From a virus (lineage: Duplodnaviria; Caudoviricetes): a stretch of DNA of 27,994 nt. Positions 23,565 through 27,994 of this stretch are shown here, one piece after another. A model generated the notes under the pieces. The model was given only the letters and a program-made list of their open reading frames with translations. It had not been told where the DNA came from and did not search any database. The first letter of the stretch is position 1. Each line of letters opens with the position of its first letter. Made by a program: the position numbers and the translations under genes. The DNA is taken from positions 1-27,994 of IMG/VR virus record IMGVR_UViG_3300012667_000102; one strand, 5' to 3'.

Positions 23565-26486
23565 TTATCCTGTTATGGTATATAATCTATTTTCTTCTGT
23601 TACAGAGTATTCACGGTCTTCTTCAATAATTGAATATACTCTGACTTCTGCTGGTATGATCCAAGTTAAGTCTGGATCTATGTGAATAATCTTGCCTGAC
23701 ACTAGTTCAGCACTAAATCCTTGTAGGCTAGCTGATAATCTAATCACGCCACCTAATGTAGCAGTCATGCTAGCATTGGCTGTGAGTGCTGCACTAAATC
23801 CAACTGTTCTAGTTCCAACTGCAAGTTCAAAGCCTTCTGCTGACATTGTGGCAGCTAATGGTTTGATAACACCAACTAGCGCAGTCATAGTTCCTGAGCT
23901 TGCAACCAATGATACAGCGTCTGCATTGTAGTCAGCATTACAACTTAAGGCAAATTCACTAGATAGATCGGCGTCTAGAGTGATGTTTGTTGTGCCTTCA
24001 ATTGAACTGCTGCTAACTGTTGACAACGTGCTGCTAGCTCTAGCTGTTTTGACAGCAACTGCTGCTATTTGTGTGGAAATATTTGCCTGGATCTCGTTTT
24101 CAGCAATTATAGAGGCTCCAGCTACCAGAGTAGCTTGAACTTCACAAGTAATGAATCCGCGACCTGTTTTAGCCACTGCTGACAATTGGCTAGCAATTGA
24201 GTCCGTAGTGATTGTAGCGTGTTGAACTCTGTTAGCAATGGCATCAAGTGTTAGATTAGATCCCAATGAGCTTGAGTAGCCAGTAGTCTTAGCTACTGTA
24301 GCAGTAGTGCTAAATGATGAGCTAGAGCTACTGTCAGCAAACCTAATTCTTATGGCTGTGCTTGACAAACTAGTTGTAGAACTTAAATCAGCTGTGGCTC
24401 TAATCTCACCAGTAGCTTGTGCATCAACAGCAAACTCGCTAGACAAGTTACTGTTACCGCCATGAACAATATTCAAGCTAGCAGTTTGAGTAAACTCACT
24501 TGATTGCTCAACAGTGGTGCTTCTCAATCTCTGTGCATCTGCTGTTTGACTTGCATTAGCTGACATACTTGAACTTGCATCAACAGCCTTGATTGCATCA
24601 GCACTTAATGCAGTAGTTGCTGTTTGTGTGCTAGAAACATCAGTTGTCTTAACCGCAATTGAACTTAATGCAGCCTGTGACTCCATAGTAATTAAGAAGT
24701 CACCAATCTTAGCAACCGCAGCTAGTTCACTGAAGATAGCATCAGTTTGAACAGTGTTATTTCTGGTTCTGTAAGCTATAGTGTCTACTGTTGTTTGACT
24801 AGTTAACTCACCGCCAAATACTTTAGTTGCTACTGGATCTGCAACTTGTGTAAATGCATTAGATAAACTTGCATCAGAAGATCGAATTCTTAATACTGTA
24901 GAACTTAATGTAGAACTAGTTGACAACTCAGCAGCTAATTGAACAGTTTCATTAACTTGTGCAGTTTGACTAAATTGACTGCTAAAATCTGCACTGGCTT
25001 CTACAACTTTACTAGCATTTACTGTTAAATTGCTTTGACTACTAATACCGGCAGCACCGATTATAGACTTGCTACCAACTGCACTAATGTTAAATGTTGA
25101 CTGCAACGCAGAATTGTAAGTGACGGGACCTAATGCATCATCACCAAAGTCTTCAAAATGCATCAACAGGCTAGGTTGTATTGTTGTGTAGTTTAAATTC
25201 TTATATGGTTGAGTTGGAACAGTAATAGTTGCATCAGTGACTGGATTGAGCCAATCTTTAATGAAGAAGTATTCGTCTAAGTAATAGGTCCAGTTGCTTA
25301 GAGCAAAGTCATCACCTAAGTTAAAAGCTCCAGCTCTATTTGGTTGATCTTCGCCGCCTGCTATATTACCATCATAAATTACTCTAGTTCCGTTGGCATA
25401 TACACTGATTGGATTTGTTTGACTAGCATGACCTACTACACGTATGTGATTCCAAGATCCTGCTGTAATAACTCCGTTAGCAGAGTTGTCAGTGCCACTA
25501 CTACCTAAGGTATTGGTCCAACTCCATGTTAATCTTCCTAAGTTACTAATGAATAGATAGGCATCAGTTCCACCGGTTCCTTGGTGTTTGAATACTTGTT
25601 TACTACCTGTTCCAAAGCTAGGAACATAAATCCAAAGATCCGCAGTAAACTTATCTTCATTCCAATCATCACTGTCAGCAAATTGTAAGTAACTGCTTAC
25701 TGGGAACCCAGCACTTGAACCTCCAAATTTACTATATGTTGAAGTAATAAACGGACTTCCGATAACAGTAGCATCCTTTGGAGTTCTATTAACCGGATAT
25801 GCTTTAAATGTAGCAGTTGTTGAAAACTCACTTGCTAAACTTGCACTAGCATTTGTTACGCCAGACAATGCAGCAACAACAGAAGCTTGACTACTAATAT
25901 CTACGAGAGTTGACTTAGTAATACTTGCATCAACTGACACGCTAGCTGTGCTGGTAATACTTGCGGCAATAGGTTCAATAACACCAACACTTGAGCTCAA
26001 TGAAAAAGCCGCATTTGCAGCGGCTTCAGTGGCTCTATAGCGAGCCATGCTTGTAGACATGCTGGCAACGCTATCAGCTTGAGCACTAATGTATATTCCA
26101 CGAACTGCATCAACAGCAATACTAAATGCTGAACTAGAACTAATATTATAAGATCTAATAACAGCTACATCTGCAGCCAATTGTGCATTGCTGAATACAA
26201 ACAAGTCAGCACCTTCAATATGACTAATTGTAGATGCTACTGTAGCAGTAACTGACATGTTACTTGCAGCGCCAACAAACTTAGACACAGACACACTAAC
26301 ACTTGACTCAAGAGCAAGACTACCACTAGCTTCTTCAACTACTCCGCCAAGAATTACACTAGCGTCACAGCTTATACTTGCTGTGCTGCTAGAAGCAATT
26401 ACTGCTTCTGCTACATAGGTGTAATACCAATCCGGGGATAGGTAGTCATCATCTATATAGAGTTGATCTGTGTTTGTTTGACTCAT
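23565..26486 (-). CDS. 973-aa virion protein with about 34 twenty-residue repeats and a central LamG/concanavalin-like domain
   Basis: SKFGGSS, FTADLWIY, GSWNHIRVV, VYANGTRV, YLDEY and LLMHFE motifs flanked by Ala/Ser/Thr repeats. Confidence 0.75.
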   Translation of the reverse strand: MSQTNTDQLYIDDDYLSPDWYYTYVAEAVIASSSTASISCDASVILGGVVEEASGSLALESSVSVSVSKFVGAASNMSVTATVASTISHIEGADLFVFSNAQLAADVAVIRSYNISSSSAFSIAVDAVRGIYISAQADSVASMSTSMARYRATEAAANAAFSLSSSVGVIEPIAASITSTASVSVDASITKSTLVDISSQASVVAALSGVTNASASLASEFSTTATFKAYPVNRTPKDATVIGSPFITSTYSKFGGSSAGFPVSSYLQFADSDDWNEDKFTADLWIYVPSFGTGSKQVFKHQGTGGTDAYLFISNLGRLTWSWTNTLGSSGTDNSANGVITAGSWNHIRVVGHASQTNPISVYANGTRVIYDGNIAGGEDQPNRAGAFNLGDDFALSNWTYYLDEYFFIKDWLNPVTDATITVPTQPYKNLNYTTIQPSLLMHFEDFGDDALGPVTYNSALQSTFNISAVGSKSIIGAAGISSQSNLTVNASKVVEASADFSSQFSQTAQVNETVQLAAELSTSSTLSSTVLRIRSSDASLSNAFTQVADPVATKVFGGELTSQTTVDTIAYRTRNNTVQTDAIFSELAAVAKIGDFLITMESQAALSSIAVKTTDVSSTQTATTALSADAIKAVDASSSMSANASQTADAQRLRSTTVEQSSEFTQTASLNIVHGGNSNLSSEFAVDAQATGEIRATADLSSTTSLSSTAIRIRFADSSSSSSFSTTATVAKTTGYSSSLGSNLTLDAIANRVQHATITTDSIASQLSAVAKTGRGFITCEVQATLVAGASIIAENEIQANISTQIAAVAVKTARASSTLSTVSSSSIEGTTNITLDADLSSEFALSCNADYNADAVSLVASSGTMTALVGVIKPLAATMSAEGFELAVGTRTVGFSAALTANASMTATLGGVIRLSASLQGFSAELVSGKIIHIDPDLTWIIPAEVRVYSIIEEDREYSVTEENRLYTITG

Positions 26487-26496
26487 TGTTTAATCC

Positions 26497-27994
26497 TTAA
26501 CTTATATCCATTCTAAAACTTTGTAGAGTATTTGTTCCAGCATCAGTCATAGTTATTGTGGCATCGCTGTGACTAATAGCATTTGTTCCTACATCAAATA
26601 CGTTATATCTTACATATATACCACTAGTGCTTACAGAACTAACAACAGCACTAGTTTTATTAGTTTGAGTTAATGCAGTAGTCGGAGTGACCGTTGTTGT
26701 TTTAGCATAAGCTCCAAAGTAAACACTTTTTCCTGAGCCAGCAGTAATTGTTTGATTGGTTGGGGCAGCAGTAGTTGCTTGAGAACTAGGAGTTGAAAAT
26801 GTAACTGTTGGCGCAGAATTTCCAACATCTCTAAATCTTGCTAATACTTTTCTTGTAGTTCCAGCCATGCCTGTTATAGTTGCACCAATGTCGCCGCTAG
26901 CTAATATTTTGTAACTGATATTAGTTCTAATACCAGTTGTAGTAACTTTATTAATACTTGTCCATCCACTCGGAGTTGTATCTGTTGTAGTAGTTGATGT
27001 ATCAAATAATACAGCAATTTCTCCCGCAGTGGCAGTTGCTGGAATAGTTACAGTTGTTGTTGTAACTGATGACGACCCAGCAAATATAAATCCGGATGCT
27101 GCTGGCATATCTATGTGATCATTTTCTATTCTTGAATAGATGTATGCCTTACCTGAACTAATCCCGCCTGCATCATCTTCTGCAGATGAACCTACTATTG
27201 CATATGTATTAGATAGTGCAACTGAAAAACCAACTTGATCACTTATACTCGTGCTATATGCATTTGCGTTATCCAATGTATAAGCAAGTGACCCATCACT
27301 AAGATCATAGATGTATGCCTTACCTGAGTTAATCCCGCCTGCATCATCTTCAAGATAAGCACCTACTATAGCATGTGTGTCACTGATTGCAACTGCACGA
27401 CCAAAATAGTCAGAATCACTTGTGCCATATGGATTTGGATTACTCAGTGTATAGACTAATGAACCACTAGTAGTTGAATAGATATATGCCTTACCTGAAT
27501 TAGACCCACCTGCATCATCTTCAAAATACGCACCTACTATAGCATGTGTATCAGTGATCGCCACTGAATAACCGAATTGATCATTCGGACTTGTGCTATA
27601 TGCATTTGGGTTATCCAATGTATAAGCAAGTGACCCATCACTCAGATCATAGATGTATGCCTTACCTGAGCTAGACCCACCTGCATCATCTTCTTGGTAG
27701 GCTCCAACAATCGCATATAAGTTAGATATTGCAACTGAGAAACCAAAATAGTCAGAATCACTCGTGCTATATGCATTTGCGTTATCCAATGTATAAGCAA
27801 GTGACCCATCACTCAGATCATAGATGTATGCCTTACCTGTATTAGTTCCGTAGCCGGCTTGCTCTCCATAGGCTCCTACTATAGCATGTGTATCAGTGAT
27901 CGCCACTGAAAAACCGAAATTATCAGAATAACTTGTGCTATATGGATTTGGATTACTCAGTGTATAGACTAATGAACCACTAGTAGTTGAATAG
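26497..27994 (-). CDS. 3' part of the FG-GAP-repeat propeller protein with a C-terminal Thr-rich beta domain
   Basis: 57-aa repeats D.FG.SVAI....AIVGAY.ED..GG..SGKAYIY; frame is open to the window end. Confidence 0.88.
   Translation of the reverse strand, partial: YSTTSGSLVYTLSNPNPYSTSYSDNFGFSVAITDTHAIVGAYGEQAGYGTNTGKAYIYDLSDGSLAYTLDNANAYSTSDSDYFGFSVAISNLYAIVGAYQEDDAGGSSSGKAYIYDLSDGSLAYTLDNPNAYSTSPNDQFGYSVAITDTHAIVGAYFEDDAGGSNSGKAYIYSTTSGSLVYTLSNPNPYGTSDSDYFGRAVAISDTHAIVGAYLEDDAGGINSGKAYIYDLSDGSLAYTLDNANAYSTSISDQVGFSVALSNTYAIVGSSAEDDAGGISSGKAYIYSRIENDHIDMPAASGFIFAGSSSVTTTTVTIPATATAGEIAVLFDTSTTTTDTTPSGWTSINKVTTTGIRTNISYKILASGDIGATITGMAGTTRKVLARFRDVGNSAPTVTFSTPSSQATTAAPTNQTITAGSGKSVYFGAYAKTTTVTPTTALTQTNKTSAVVSSVSTSGIYVRYNVFDVGTNAISHSDATITMTDAGTNTLQSFRMDIS
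27135..27994. repeat. 171-bp tandem repeats encoding propeller blades
   Basis: gttatccaatgtataagcaagtgacccatcact starts at 27268, 27610 and 27781 (spacing 342 and 171). Confidence 0.9.
27785..27994. repeat. Terminal direct repeat, right copy
   Basis: Identical to 1-210. Confidence 0.95.

Noticed and set aside
211-23931. All plus-strand ORFs in the track (e.g. 765-1454, 8330-8662, 11726-12085, 14005-14403, 23692-23931)
   Set aside because: They are antisense shadows of well-supported minus-strand genes or elements and have no recognisable motifs
27135-27994. CRISPR array or DGR template/variable repeat pair
   Set aside because: Repeats are in-frame 171-bp coding units without unique spacers, differences are not adenine-specific, and no cas or reverse transcriptase gene is present

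Overview
The window appears to be a complete, circularly assembled genome of a small tailed phage with a siphovirus-type tail. Bases 1-210 are identical to 27785-27994, giving a unit length of 27,784 bp, and one gene reads in frame across the join. All credible genes are on the minus strand. The virion module is full: terS, terL, portal, scaffold, capsid, adaptor, tail tube, frameshifted chaperones, tape measure, tail tip and several fibre or receptor-binding proteins. About 4.5 kb holds small unknown ORFs and structured non-coding DNA. I could not recognise a DNA polymerase, primase/helicase, replication initiator, integrase, repressor, sigma factor or endolysin. Transcription units start at T4-late-promoter-like TAAATA(C) boxes, and only one 52-aa gene has host sigma70-type promoters. 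My main hypothesis (inference) is a virion-autonomous phage that borrows late transcription, and possibly replication and lysis, from a T4-like or jumbo helper phage. Other notable items are three stand-alone small RNA units, a 400-nt hairpin array, a tail-tip gene split around a propeller gene, and a protein with gap-free 20-residue repeats that may template a fibre. All product calls come from motif recall and gene order; no searches were run.
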